Part shown: positions 1 through 12,400 of the stretch, piece after piece
Layout of the letters: every line of letters starts with the position of its first letter
How positions within the stretch are numbered: the stretch's first letter is position 1
Origin: Euglena gracilis
Taxonomy: Eukaryota
Length of the DNA: 64,000 bases
Assembly (NCBI GenBank): GCA_039621445.1
Contig: CP154954.1
Span: 3,539,715 to 3,603,714, forward strand
Direction of reading: 5' to 3'
Notes under the pieces: model-generated
Told to the model about the DNA's origin: nothing
Databases searched by the model: none
The model's input: the letters and a program-made list of their open reading frames with translations, nothing else
Translations under genes and position numbers: made by a program

Positions 1-434
1 ACAAACCAATCCACCCGGATAGAAACATACTTCCTTATCCTTGATCACAGTGTTTCCCTTTTCCATTTTCCTCAAGAAATTGCACACGACTGATAGTGTG
101 AATCAAAAGCGTGTGGTGCAGCGCTGACTCCGGCTCGCAAAATTTGAAGCAGCAAAGTATATTATTTGGCTTCGTCTCTTTTGGTACGCCCAGAAAAAGA
201 ATGCAGACATCTAATAGTGCACCAAACCCATCCAACCCACACGCGCACGCGCACACATGCTCACACACACACCCACCCAATAAGGTGTCATTCAGCACAT
301 TACATGCATGGTGCATGCATTGCAAAATGAAATAAGACTGAGAAAAGCTACACAACTCATGCTGTGTCATGCTATGTCATCCACATGCACTCAGGTGGTC
401 GCTGGTCCTTCCTCCAAACCAGATGCCTCCCTCT

Positions 435-487
435 GCAGAACCAGCGTTTGCCTGACCCCCGGGGCCCCGTGATCAGGAAAGTTGTGC
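435..487 (-). CDS. Cyclase gene exon, Walker A-like loop (TTFLITGPRGSGKRWFC); 3' boundary unknown
   Basis: Acceptor gggtcCTG-gcagc|G pairs with the 1321 donor and the phase matches. GxxGxGK falls where sAC has its P-loop. Confidence 0.7.
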
Positions 488-3400
488 GCTGCCAGGACCC
501 TCACGAAACAGCAGAAAGTGTGTGTTGCAAAGTGTGCTGCAACCTCCACAATATCTGGCTGAACAAAACCTTTGTCCTCCCACACCGCTTGGCCCTCCAG
601 CAGTGTACAAAGGCAGAGGGCGCCGTAAACACCAATTGCGGCACGCACCATCGCCCAGCTTTTCAATCCAAACAAAGGAAAGGTTTTTTTTTAAGAACGG
701 GGAGGGGGAGGAGGGGGTCGGCACCCACCCATCCACACCCTGGGATGGGGCCCCCCAGAGGGGTCCTGGGGGACCTACCCACTTTTGCCCGAAAAATGGC
801 CAAAAATGCTAAAAATAGCCTTTTCAGCGCCGAAAAAGATATAACCACCAGCCCCTACCCCGACCTCCCCCCCGGGGGGGAGGGTGTCCCAGGGACTCCC
901 CAACCCCGCCCCCCTCCCGGGGGTGAGTGGGTTCCAAGAGAGCGGATTGGCACAGGCTGACAGGAGCCCCCACCCTTGGGACCATGTGGCACATCCACCA
1001 ACCAGACAATGCCCGCAGTGCGGCCTACCCCGGGGGGGGTCCGACCCCCGCTTTTTTCCCTTTGCGCTTTGCTCTTGCCCGTAAACCTCTCCAAATAACA
1101 CCCTCCCTTGGTGTGTTATTTGGGCACCCGAACTGGGGCCCCAGAGGGGGTGTTATTTGGGGGGGTGTTATTTTTACATGGAAAACCAAAGGGAAACTGG
1201 GGGGTGTATTATTTGGGGGGGTTATTGGGGGTGTTATTTGGGAGGGGGTTATTTGGGGGGGTTACAGGGATAGGAGCTCCGCAACCCTCCGGATCTGTGC
1301 CATGGCTGGGGGGGCCTGCGCAGCCTGGCCCCCGGTCGAGGAGGGGGTCCATGCGCTGCAGGAGGGCGCGGTGGAGGAGGGGGCCGGCGGGGGCCGCCGC
1401 GGCGGGGGCCGGTGGGTAGGCGGCGGGGACGAAGCCTGGCACGGGTTCCGACGTCCCCTTCAGGGAGAGGCGCTGGGGGAGCTCCTACGGGCCGTGGCAG
1501 GAGCTCGGACGAGCATGCCTCCGGGCAGGCGGCAAACAATCCGGCGCAACAGAACAAGAACAAACGGACACATATGGAGAACGCAGAGTGGCGCACTGTA
1601 TGCATGTTCGGTGCAATTTGTCCCACCCCGGGTTGCGTGAAACATTGCAGACTGACGCCTTGGTTCATCAAAGTTATGCGTGTGGTTTGTGCTTGCCAGG
1701 CATCCGATGTGTGTTGTGCTTGCTGTGCTGTGTTGTGATGTGCTGTGCTGTACTGTGTGCTGTGCTGTGTGCTGTGCTGTGCTGTGCTGTGCTGTGCTGT
1801 GCTGTGCTGTGCTGTGCTGTGCTGTGCTGTGCTGTGCTGTGCTGTGCTGTGCTGTGCTGTGCTGTGCTGTGCTGTGTGCTGTGCTGTGCTGTGCTGTGCT
1901 GTGCTGTGCTGTGCTGTCTTGGTGCAGGGGTGCATTGCGCCGAACTGTGCAGTGTGCTGTGCTGTGCTCTGTGAACACATGTGCACAGGTGCACATTAGA
2001 CGGCTGGAAATGCACTTTTCTTTGGGAGTCACAAAATTCTGGCAGTTTGAGTGAAAATGCGCATCCGCGCATTCTGGAAATGGAGTGCGCACGTGCGCAT
2101 TCCGAATGGTTTTGTGCCTCTTCCAGACTGGGTGTAAACACCACAAAATTGAGCTGTTAGGATTCAACACGACCAGAGGGACCACCCCTTACATACTGGT
2201 TCAACTATGTATCGTGCTGTTTACAGCTGTTTCACAACGACTGTGGCACAGTGCGTGGCTGGACACACACTCGGCACACTCCACACGACAGGCGGAAATC
2301 GGACAACGCAGGAAAACCTGGACTGGGCGTGCCACCTTGTGTTCATCGATGTGTGCTGATGGCTTCTGGGGGCAGGGCCTGGTGAGCCCGGGATGAGCAT
2401 GGGAAGGAACTCCTTGCAGTCATAGAGACACAGCCCTCCCAAGGTCGAAACGATAGGTGTCACTGAGTGTCAAGGCCGAAGAACGCGTACCTGCGCATTT
2501 TTGGAATGGACACAGGCTGTGAGAAGGGGGAATGCGCACACATGCATTGACGTTGAAGGACGGACTGGGTATGGCCTGTTGTTTGCCTGCCTTGAATCCG
2601 AGTTGTGCACCGCCATGATGTGGTTTTGGGCTTGCAGAGCACGGGTGTGGGGGGGGGGAGATGAACCAAAAGAATCACCCTTGTCACCAATGTCGCTGTA
2701 CCGACCACACCCTGAAACACGACACTTGCAGCGGCGTGGAAAACCCTGGGCTCGGCGACTGCAGGTGTCAAGGCACAAATTCATGTCCTTCGGTGACAAC
2801 TGCCCCCCTGCAGCTCAATTCGTCGAACAAATCAGAATGCGCACCTGCGCATTCCACTTCACCCACTGCAGTCCAGTGCCCAGCCCAGCCTACGCTGCTC
2901 TCGTGAACATGTGGAGCACGTCACAGTGCATCTGCAGCCGTACCCCACCCGGCGGAGGTGATGGGCCGGTTGCTGCCAGCGTTGTCCGACCCCACGCCCC
3001 AGAGCAGGCTTTTTTTTTTACCAACCCAGTTGTGTCCGAGGACGAGGCAGCCCTGGAGCGAAACATGGCAGAGGAGGACCACCTGTGGCCAAGTTGGCAA
3101 CAAACGCCACCCACCACACAGAACCCTTATTTATCATGTAGTCAGAGTGGACGCTCCAGCACTGAAACAACACCCCCCCTGGCTGCTGTGAAGACCAAAG
3201 TAAACACGTGTGCAGACACTTTCTCCATGCACACCCATTCCGCAATAGACAATCAAATATGGCACATTGGGGTGAATGCGCACATGCACATTCCCTTCTT
3301 GTGCACAGGGTCATGCCAAACAACTCACCACACAAGGTGGACGCACAGCCCAGGAGACGTACACCCTACCCTGGAGGCATCCACCTGTGCAATGATATGC

Positions 3401-6400
3401 CTCTGAAATCGCTAATAAAAAGGCCAGCAGTGCACCAGGGGGTTGCCCTGCCACAATGCTGTTCAGGAGTGCGAGACACTGCTTCCCACAACACAGAGAA
3501 TGCGCACCTGCGCACTCCCCCTGACAGAATGTGCACGCGCGCACTCTTGTGGATGCCCAGCGCTGCTCCCCTCCTGCTCTCCTGCAGATAAAACCACAGT
3601 CAGCCAGCGAAGGAATGGCCTCAAGAGTGCGCATGCATTCTTGTGCCTCATGCAACCTCGGAGAGGAGCCATTTTATATTGTTTGTGAGGGCTGTTCTGG
3701 AGGGTGTAGTCTGTGGCAGAAAGGGTTGAAGCAGGGCTTCGCTCCGTAGCTTTAAAAACCAGTGATGCACAGGAAAGGCGTGCAAGCCAGCCCCCCCCCC
3801 TCCAGACCCAGCACCCCATCCCAAACGTCACTAAACACAGGTGGTCCAACATGGTGACGTGCCGTGGTGCCTATGAGAAGGCACGTGCGGAGCGGAGGTC
3901 GTGCACCATTGGAGGGATGCCATGCTGCGTGTGTCGCGGAGGGGTGCTGTGCACAGTATGGAATGCAAACAGCAGGCTCCCTGTGGCAGGGCACCAAGTC
4001 CTCCCCTGCAGACACCTGGCATTGGTTTAAATAATCCGTTACCCACACTCGCTGAACACATGCTCCAGGAACACACTGACCACACACCATTCCCCCCTTG
4101 TGCCAAGTTCAAACACTGGGCACAGAACCTCCCTCCACTCCAACCGTATGGACAGCAGTGCCCCCACAACCACCCGCGGGAGCCACACTAAATGTCCAAA
4201 ACCCTCAGCAACGGGCCAAGGTGGGGAGGGTGGTGAATGCGCACCTGTGCATTCACTGGGCACCACAAAGAAGGGGGACGCCAGCGGGTACAACGGCTTC
4301 ACCTGACCAGGGTTGTCCCCGTGAAACAGCGTTTTTGTGTCGCACCTACCTCGGCAGACTGGTTTTCCCCCAGTCGACGGAGGTGTTAAACCATCATTTT
4401 CAAAACGGAAAAAGTCGGTTTACCCAGAAAAAAACCCGGGGATCGAAAGTAGTGGTACCTATTTTGGTACCACGGGTTTCAGCTGACGGATGCACCGCCC
4501 AGTGAAGTGATGGCAACGCAGTTGGTCAAAAAAAATATGCAGGTGCGCAAAAAAAACCACCAAAAGTGAAAAATGCATTCCAAGCCGTCTAAGTGCACAT
4601 GTGGACACACAGGTTTGGAACACATGAAACCGCACCTCTAGCACGGTGGGGTCCTCCAGCGTGTCCAGCACGCTGGCATCGAACAGTGCCGGGAGCCGCA
4701 GCTGCTGCGCCTGCTGCATGAGCCGGCACGCGCGCACGCAGGCGAAGCCCGTGATGTCCCAGCGGCTGGCCGCCCCGTTGCCCATCAGCCCGCAGAACAC
4801 CATCCCGTGGGCCACCGCCCCCAGGCCTCCGGTTCTGTTTTAAGGGCCTCCAAACGGTGATGGGCAATCCACCCCAGACCCAGACTGAGACCCTGACCCC
4901 CCAAAAAAACCTCGTTTTTACGAGTTCCCTTTTTTCTGCTGCCCTCCCCCCCCCCCCGGCTGAATTTCGTCAAACCCTGGGGAGGGCAGAGGGGGGTCTC
5001 GGTGTCCCTTTGGGGGCCTGCCAGGCCAGCAGGAAATCGTCCAAGAACTTTCAGTTTCCACATTTACTTTCCTGCTTCTGGGCTTCTGTGTCTCGCCCAG
5101 GGGTTTTTTTTAAGACCGGGGGGAGGGGGGTCCCCCACCCACCCACCCCCTGGGGGGGCTCCCCAGGGGGGTCCCGGGGGACCCACAAAAAAAATGGCCG
5201 AAAAATCGCGAAACGTGCTTAAAAAAGCACTTCTTGCATTTGGCGCCGAAAAGTATATCCCACCCCCCTCCGGGGGGACGGGGGGTCAGCCGGACCTACC
5301 CACCCTGCCCCCCCCTCCACCCCCCAGGGTGCATGACTAAAAAAAAACACCTGGTCCCTCCCCCCCCGAACAGCCCAGGGGTGTCGGATCTGGGTGCCTC
5401 ACTGGGCAGGCAGCCCCTGGGGGTGCAGTCGGGCTCTGTCTGCAGAGAAAGGTGGGGGGGACGAAAGAGAGGCCTGGTCCCGACGGTGCACCCCCGCAGC
5501 TCCCGCGCCACCATCACGCTGGGGGCAGGCAAGTCCGACGCGGCGCGATCGCCGGGGCCCAAATGGCCACGTTGGACCGGGCACACCCCCTGGACCAGGT
5601 CAGCTCGGGGAGATGACAACCCGCGGAGAATTTCGGGCCAATTTCAGGCGGAGGACATTGCCGCTGACGCGCAGGAAAGCAAACAGACAGCGGGTGAGAG
5701 CGTCAGAGGATGGGCCACTGTTTGACTGCAAAGCCAGACGCAAGCGTCGCAGGGCAGATGGCCGATTCCGTCCACCACAAAGAGCCGTTCCAAACATTTC
5801 CAATGGATGCCTCACAAACCCTACCCACCCGTCGTATAATATCTTCCCGCATCACAGATGTTGATTTAATTGACATCTGTTTATTATGATTAAACAAATA
5901 ATTTATTTTGATAAATTAATAAATTAGTTTAAGTGAAATTAATAAAATAAAAAAAAAAGTGTTTATCAATTGACCCCCGTGCTGCGTGCCGCCAGGGGGT
6001 ACCTCAAAATTCATCAGGCACCTTTTTGATTTAGTGCTTTGTTCGTCTGCCAGAGGGGGTTCAAGTTGGGGAGGAGGAAGGCCCATGGGGTGCTCACATG
6101 CAGGCTGGACGGAGACGAGCTCACATGAATGACGAAAGTACGAAGCGCACCGTGAGAACAGAACAGGGCACTGAGGCTGCCTGGGTGCGGTCGCCGGAGT
6201 CCTCACACGTCTGGTACAGGTTGAAGGCGGCCACCATGTGGATGCCCTTGTCGTCATCGATGACCTGCGGGGAGGGGGGCCACTGGGGCTCCAGCTGCGG
6301 TGGAGCCAGCTCGCCTTGGGGGGGGGGGTGCACACCCCATCCAATTAGGCATCGCCCCCACATCCCGTCCAATAAATGAACCCCAGGAGAACCAAGTCCA

Positions 6401-9400
6401 GAATTTTAATCATAATTAAATTGTCCAAATAAATTTTAAAAAAACATATTAATATATAATATTACATATATAATATGTAAAACACAATATAATAGTATAT
6501 AATATATGTAATATATAATATATTATATTATATATAATAATGTATTATAATACACAAATGTAATATAATATAATATATGTATATTATAATGATGTACGTA
6601 TATTATATTTATTAATTACGGTATGTACTATATTTATTAAAAACGGCGGCATCTATCTACTACTATAATGGGAGGGCCCACTTCTTACGCGATGGAGGGT
6701 TCAGACCCCTACAAGCTCCCTGCGGGAGATATCGATATAGAAGTGGGATGCGGGGAGCCCTCTTTGTGCAGGGTATTAAGTGAGAGTTGGTTTGCAGGGG
6801 GGGGGGGAGTGGATCACAGTCCCCGTCTGGGAGGGGGGTCCAGACTCCCCCTCTGGGACCCAGGAACCAAAATTTTTTCTCTGGCGCTTTGCGCCTTGAG
6901 CTGGAGAAGATGATGAAAATTTCGGTGTATGTTTCGACCGATTTTTTAGGGGAAAAACTGTGCAAAATGCAATTTTTGTCTTTTTTCAAGTTCCCAATAT
7001 TTTTATGTGCTTTGCACTTTGTGCCGGATTGTTTTTTTGCACAGGGGGAGGGGTGTCTGCCCCACCCCCCTTTGGGGGATGATGGGTCCAGACTCCCCCT
7101 CGATACCCTGCTTTTGTGGTACACGACATTGATCTTCTGTTGAATTGAAACCATAACAAGGGAGACACGAACTTCTGAGTTTCTATCATGCTTGGCTCTT
7201 TCCCTGGGGCGCAGCAGTGGGTGACCATGTTGTGTGGGAAGTGAATTATCATTGGGGAGCTTTCTCAAAGACCACAGGTCCGGTCAGCTGGGGGAAAAAT
7301 GTACTTGGTGGAAAAATGGTTCTTGGTCCCCTATCCCCCCCATGCCCAATAACTGGTCTCTGTGACCTTCAACACAAATTACAGATGGGGGGGCATTGTG
7401 GGTTCTGACCAAAAAGGTGTCCTCCGACCTTTAATGGCAGCATCAAACAGTGGGCCCCCCAAGTGGGGGGGGGGTGGGGGGGCAATGCAAGGCGATGGAT
7501 ATTTTGTTCGCATTTGTTTGGTGTTTTCTGTTATTTTTGGGAATGAAGTTAGGGTTACAGATGTCGTCAAGGAAGGGATCAGGGCCAGGCCAAAATTAAG
7601 AGGTTCGGCCGAAATTGGGCCTAAATTGGGCCTAAATTTCGCCAGATTTCAGCGAGAATTAGATTCAGTGAGATTCGCCAGATTCAGTGAGAATTACCAA
7701 AAATTAAGTCTAAAATGTGGCAAGAATTTCCTAAGGCAATTTCGTAATTTCAACCGTCCTCAAATAGACGGTTCCCCGCATCGCATACACCACCAAAGCC
7801 TTGAACCAACACAATTGATCCCGTTTCAACAACAAATAGAGCGCTGGATGGCTCCTCAGCGGGTCCCATGCAATTCTGGAATGGATGGATTGGGGCGGGG
7901 GGCACATTGCCAAAAGCAGGGTTCTTTTTTTTAAGACCGGGGGAGGGGATCCCCTCACCCACCCACCCCCTGGGATGGGAAGTGTGCTGCCCGCCACCCC
8001 CCCCCAGGGCAGAACGGGAAGACCTGGTGGGGGGGGTGGTCGACCCCCCACCCACCACAACATTTTTCCACCTGGCTCAGATGCGCTGGGAAACAATTTT
8101 TGGAGCGAAAATTGGTGCTCCCGAAAAAACGGGAGGAGACAGGCAGGGGGGGGCCGGAGGGAGTCCCGGTGACCCAGTTTCCTTCCCCCGAAAAGGGCAG
8201 AAAATCGCGAAAATTGCAATAAAAAAACACTTTTTCAAATATAGTTTGGTGCCTTCAGCCCCGAAAAGTATGCCCCACCCCCCCCTGGGCAGACCCCCCT
8301 GGGGGCCCCCCCCCCCGGGAGGCTCGGCCGGACCCCCCTCCCCCCCTGGGGTCCACGACGAAAAAAACCCCTGGCCAAAAGTGCCTGGGCACTGCCAATG
8401 CACTCTGGTGCAAATGAAGTCATTGGAGGCCAAGTAAAGGCTCACTTTGGGCCGATGTCGGCCCTTGGAGGCCCGACGCCACATCTGCCCCGGCACTCCA
8501 CGGCACTCCGAGACCTCCGAATCGGAGGTTGGTCAGAGTCAGCCTGGCGACCAGGCTTCTTTTACGAAGGGGGGGGGGAGCTTGTGTTGTGGAGTGGCTG
8601 CCCCTGTCCAGCACCCCCTTCCCGGGGGGGGAGGACATTTCAAAAAGAAGCCTGCGGGCGACTACTAGGCCTAAGGGTTCTTTGGTTTCTGTCTCCCACA
8701 AAAAACACCCTTTGACGTCACATAAGAGATACATCCTGCTGTTGTAGCTGGTGCCTCATTTGCATGGGACTTTTATGGGCATTCAGTGGTTGGTTGAAAG
8801 ACAAGGGTGCACTTTCTAGCCAAACCACGCAGAACCTCTGAAAAGGTGTCCTCCGACTCCGACTGGGGGGTGGGCTCGTTAGCCATAGGGGGCTCGTTGG
8901 ACATAGGGGGGTGCCCTGTCCACCGATCACCCTGGTTGCGAAAATTGTGACGTCAGTATTGGTTTGCACACACACACACACGCTCGCGCGCGCCCACACA
9001 CACAGAACACACACACACTCACACACAACACACACAACCACACCATAACCCAGCGTGACAAAAGCGAAGCACAGTACGACATTGCAATGGAACACAATGC
9101 AGCGCAACTCAATGGGGACGAACGAAGGGGACGAACAGACGCAGGATGCCTGCAGATGGGCACATGGAATTTCGGCACAAGCCCGCGGCGCACCTGCAGG
9201 ATGGCGCAGTGCTGCCGCTTCAGCACCTCCTGGACCTCCGCCACCCACTGGGCCACGTCCGCCTGGGCGTCGCAGTAGATGAACAGGACCGTCAGCATGC
9301 GGTTCGCCTCCATGGAGCGGAGGTCCCGGCCGGCTACGGGGGCCACCACTGTGCTGCTGGGGAACTTGGAAAGCATGACAGTTACATGGAAAGGGTTATG

Positions 9401-12400
9401 GGGAGAGGAAAACACTTGGGAGCCAACTTCTTCTGTTTGCATTTTGGAAACTGTGGAAAAATAAATATAAAAAAAGGTCTTGTAAAAGGCAAATGTTTCT
9501 CGATATCGAGAAACATGCCGAGATCCTCCCGCCCCCCCCCCCCCCACACACTGGGGCAGTTGGCTGGCCAGCACGGAGGACACAGCATGGCAATCCTGCG
9601 GCCGGTGGTTTGCATGCCATTAACGTGGGAGGGAGGGTGGCATGAGTTCGGTGCGAGGAAACGGAGTTCGGAGAAGAAGGGAATATGAGAAAACCGGGGA
9701 GAGGGGAGCGACCTGGGAGGACAGTCGGGACCCAACTCCCGGCAAATGCAGCAACCCGTCATGAGCAGGACATGCACCACACATGCGGAGGAGCCGCCAA
9801 AAAGGCTTCACAAAAGGCGGAGACCAAGCCGTCGGGTCACGAGAGAAACAACGCCCGGTCATTGGGCTCCGGAGCGGGTAGCGGGGGGACGGCCCAGGTG
9901 CAAGGGCGCCTCCGGCCCTGCTGCAGCCAGCTCAGGATGGTCGGGGAAACGAAGCCCGAGACCAGGTGGCGGAGGCAGGGGCAGGGGAACTGGTGTCCGG
10001 CGAGCCCCCAAACAAGGAACAAATGGTGCGCGGGGTCCCCTGTTTGCGTCGCGTGGGCGACCTCGGCGATCCTTCTTCAAAAGTTGGAAATTTAAGTTTT
10101 GGCCCCGTTTTCAATGCTGCTCGGACCATCAAAAGCCAGAAACACACAGTCGCAATTTGTCCCCAGCACCGCTACCTCTCGGCCGGCCCCTGGCCTGGGC
10201 TTCTCCAGGGCCAGCACGGGGGCCTGGATTGGGGAGCCGGACAGTGCCGAGAGGCGGACAATGGACGGGTGGCCGGTGGCCACCGTCGCCAGCCCCGGGC
10301 ACAGCGCGGCGCACGCCGCGGTGAGGCACACCTGATGGGCAGGGGGGGGGGGTTGCCTTCCTCCCCCTGAATACCGACCTCAAAGATACCAAGTGAGGCA
10401 GGGGGTTGAACCCCCTGTCCAAAAATGAAAATCCGGGGTGAAGCCCAGAAAAATTTAGGGCTCAAAAAAGCCCGAACAAATCGTGTTTTTGCGCAGTTTT
10501 TTCCCCCCGCAAAGAACAGTCCATGAAATAAGTGGAAAAAACTCACTTCACTCACTAATCTGGTGCTAAGCGCCAGGGAAGAAAAATCAGGGGGAGAAAT
10601 AATGCGGCAATTCTTTTTTCAAAATTATGCGGGATTATGCGGTAATTATGCAGGATTATGCTAAAATGAATACATTTTTTGCTGTTGTTGCATTGCTGTT
10701 GTTCGCATTCAAGGTCGAAACCCTGCAAGTTTGGCCTTGAGTACAGGACCAAAATGCCCAAAAACGACCCAAGCTGTCCCAAAAATCGCCAAATCAGCCA
10801 ATGTGAATGCAAAAACCTGAAATGACTTACGAAATGAATCAAATTAACCCAAACCAGTTACGGAAGAAATTGGACTTTGAAATGTATGGCTCTATCCTGG
10901 GCATTGCACCTCACGCAAGCTTTATGCCCGAAAAAAATTGCCAATTTTCCCGGGTGGCAAAAATGTTTGCCAAAAGAGTCAATATTTTTTGTCTGGAGCA
11001 TTGAAATACATTTGCCCAGAGCATACCATTACTTAGCGACCCCCCCGGGGGGGGAGGGGGTCACTTTCCACTCTGAAAAAACCAGTCAGTCACTTTACCA
11101 CCCCATGGGGGGGGGGGGACTGGCCACTCTTGAATGATGAGGAGGAGGCAATGAACATTTGCCAAAAAAAAGCCTCCAAATCCAAAAAAAAAAAAATCCG
11201 GCGCCTTTGGCGCCAGGTTAGCCAATTTTTTCATTTTTGGGCCCACCGGGGTTCTTGGCCAGAAAACCAGTCAGTCACTCTGAAAAAAAGCAGTCAGTCA
11301 CCCCCCCCGGGGGTGGGGTAGGGCAGGTATTAAGCAATGGTATGGCCCAGAGCTGGCATTTGTTGCATTTTGCCTCCAAAAAATATTTGTGCTTATTCCC
11401 AAAAAGTTGCATTCCACTGTTTTATTTTTGCTCAATGGTTAAAAAGTTTCACGGCACACCAATGGCTGCAGATTCATCCTTGCTTTGAACGAAAAGAAAA
11501 CTGTGCACCAGGATGGGGTCGACGCCCCCACCCACCATCCATAGGTTTCTGGGATTCCCGTACAGCCCTGTCCCTGCAGGGAGATAGGGGCAGGGCCAGA
11601 TCCCATTTTATCTAAATATCCCAGAGGGTTTTCTCTCATGTGGAGACAAAATCGTAAAACATAAAGAAGAAATTTTTTTTCGAAATGGAAAAGTCTTGTT
11701 TCTTCAACGTAAAATTCACATTTAACGTAAGAAAAACTCGAATTTTTTGGTGGCATTTTTGAATTAAAAATGAACTTTTGTTGTATTTTGAGGCCTTTCC
11801 CCGTATGTACGGTTTGGGAGCTGGCCGATGAGTTATGCCAAATAACAACCCCCTCCTCTGCCCGACAATGAGCCAAACAAACTAAGCAGATATTCAACAA
11901 AAATGTTGGAGTAATCACAAAGATCAATGAAATTGGGTGAAAAAGAGGATTAAGTGTGGAGAAAGAAATCCAAAAATTACAAAAAAATCACTTGGGAGTA
12001 CGTGATGAAATGATTCTTGACCTTGAAAATAACGTGGGATTATATGGGATTATGCGGGATTATGCAGTCCAAGAATTCACACTCTGTATAATCTGTATAA
12101 TGCTCATTTATATTGCTACTCCAAAAAGAAGGGAAAATATGATTTTAAAAAAATGATACAAAATCTTCCCTGAAACAGAAAGCAACTGTCTCAGATGCCT
12201 TTTGGGGCCTTTCCATGTGGATTATCCCAAAAAAAAATATGCGGGATTATGCGGTCCGCATTCCCCGCCCCCAGAAGAACCCCAAACTCCCTGGCCTGGA
12301 GGGGGTGGGGCAGGGTCTGACCCCCTGGGTTGGTCCAACCCCTCCCCGAACAAACCAAAATCACTTATCAACCTGCAAACCCAACAGGAAAAAAAAACTG

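Noticed and set aside
540-675. ORF 391..675 (-) as an extra cyclase exon
   Set aside because: The 1321 donor pairs better with the 488 acceptor, and the protein alignment needs no insert.
1249-2185. Long ORFs with HSTAQ / CCAVL repeats
   Set aside because: They are translations of the (GTGCT)n microsatellite. The same applies to ORFs over 15900-16100, 18650-19130 and 26480-26760.
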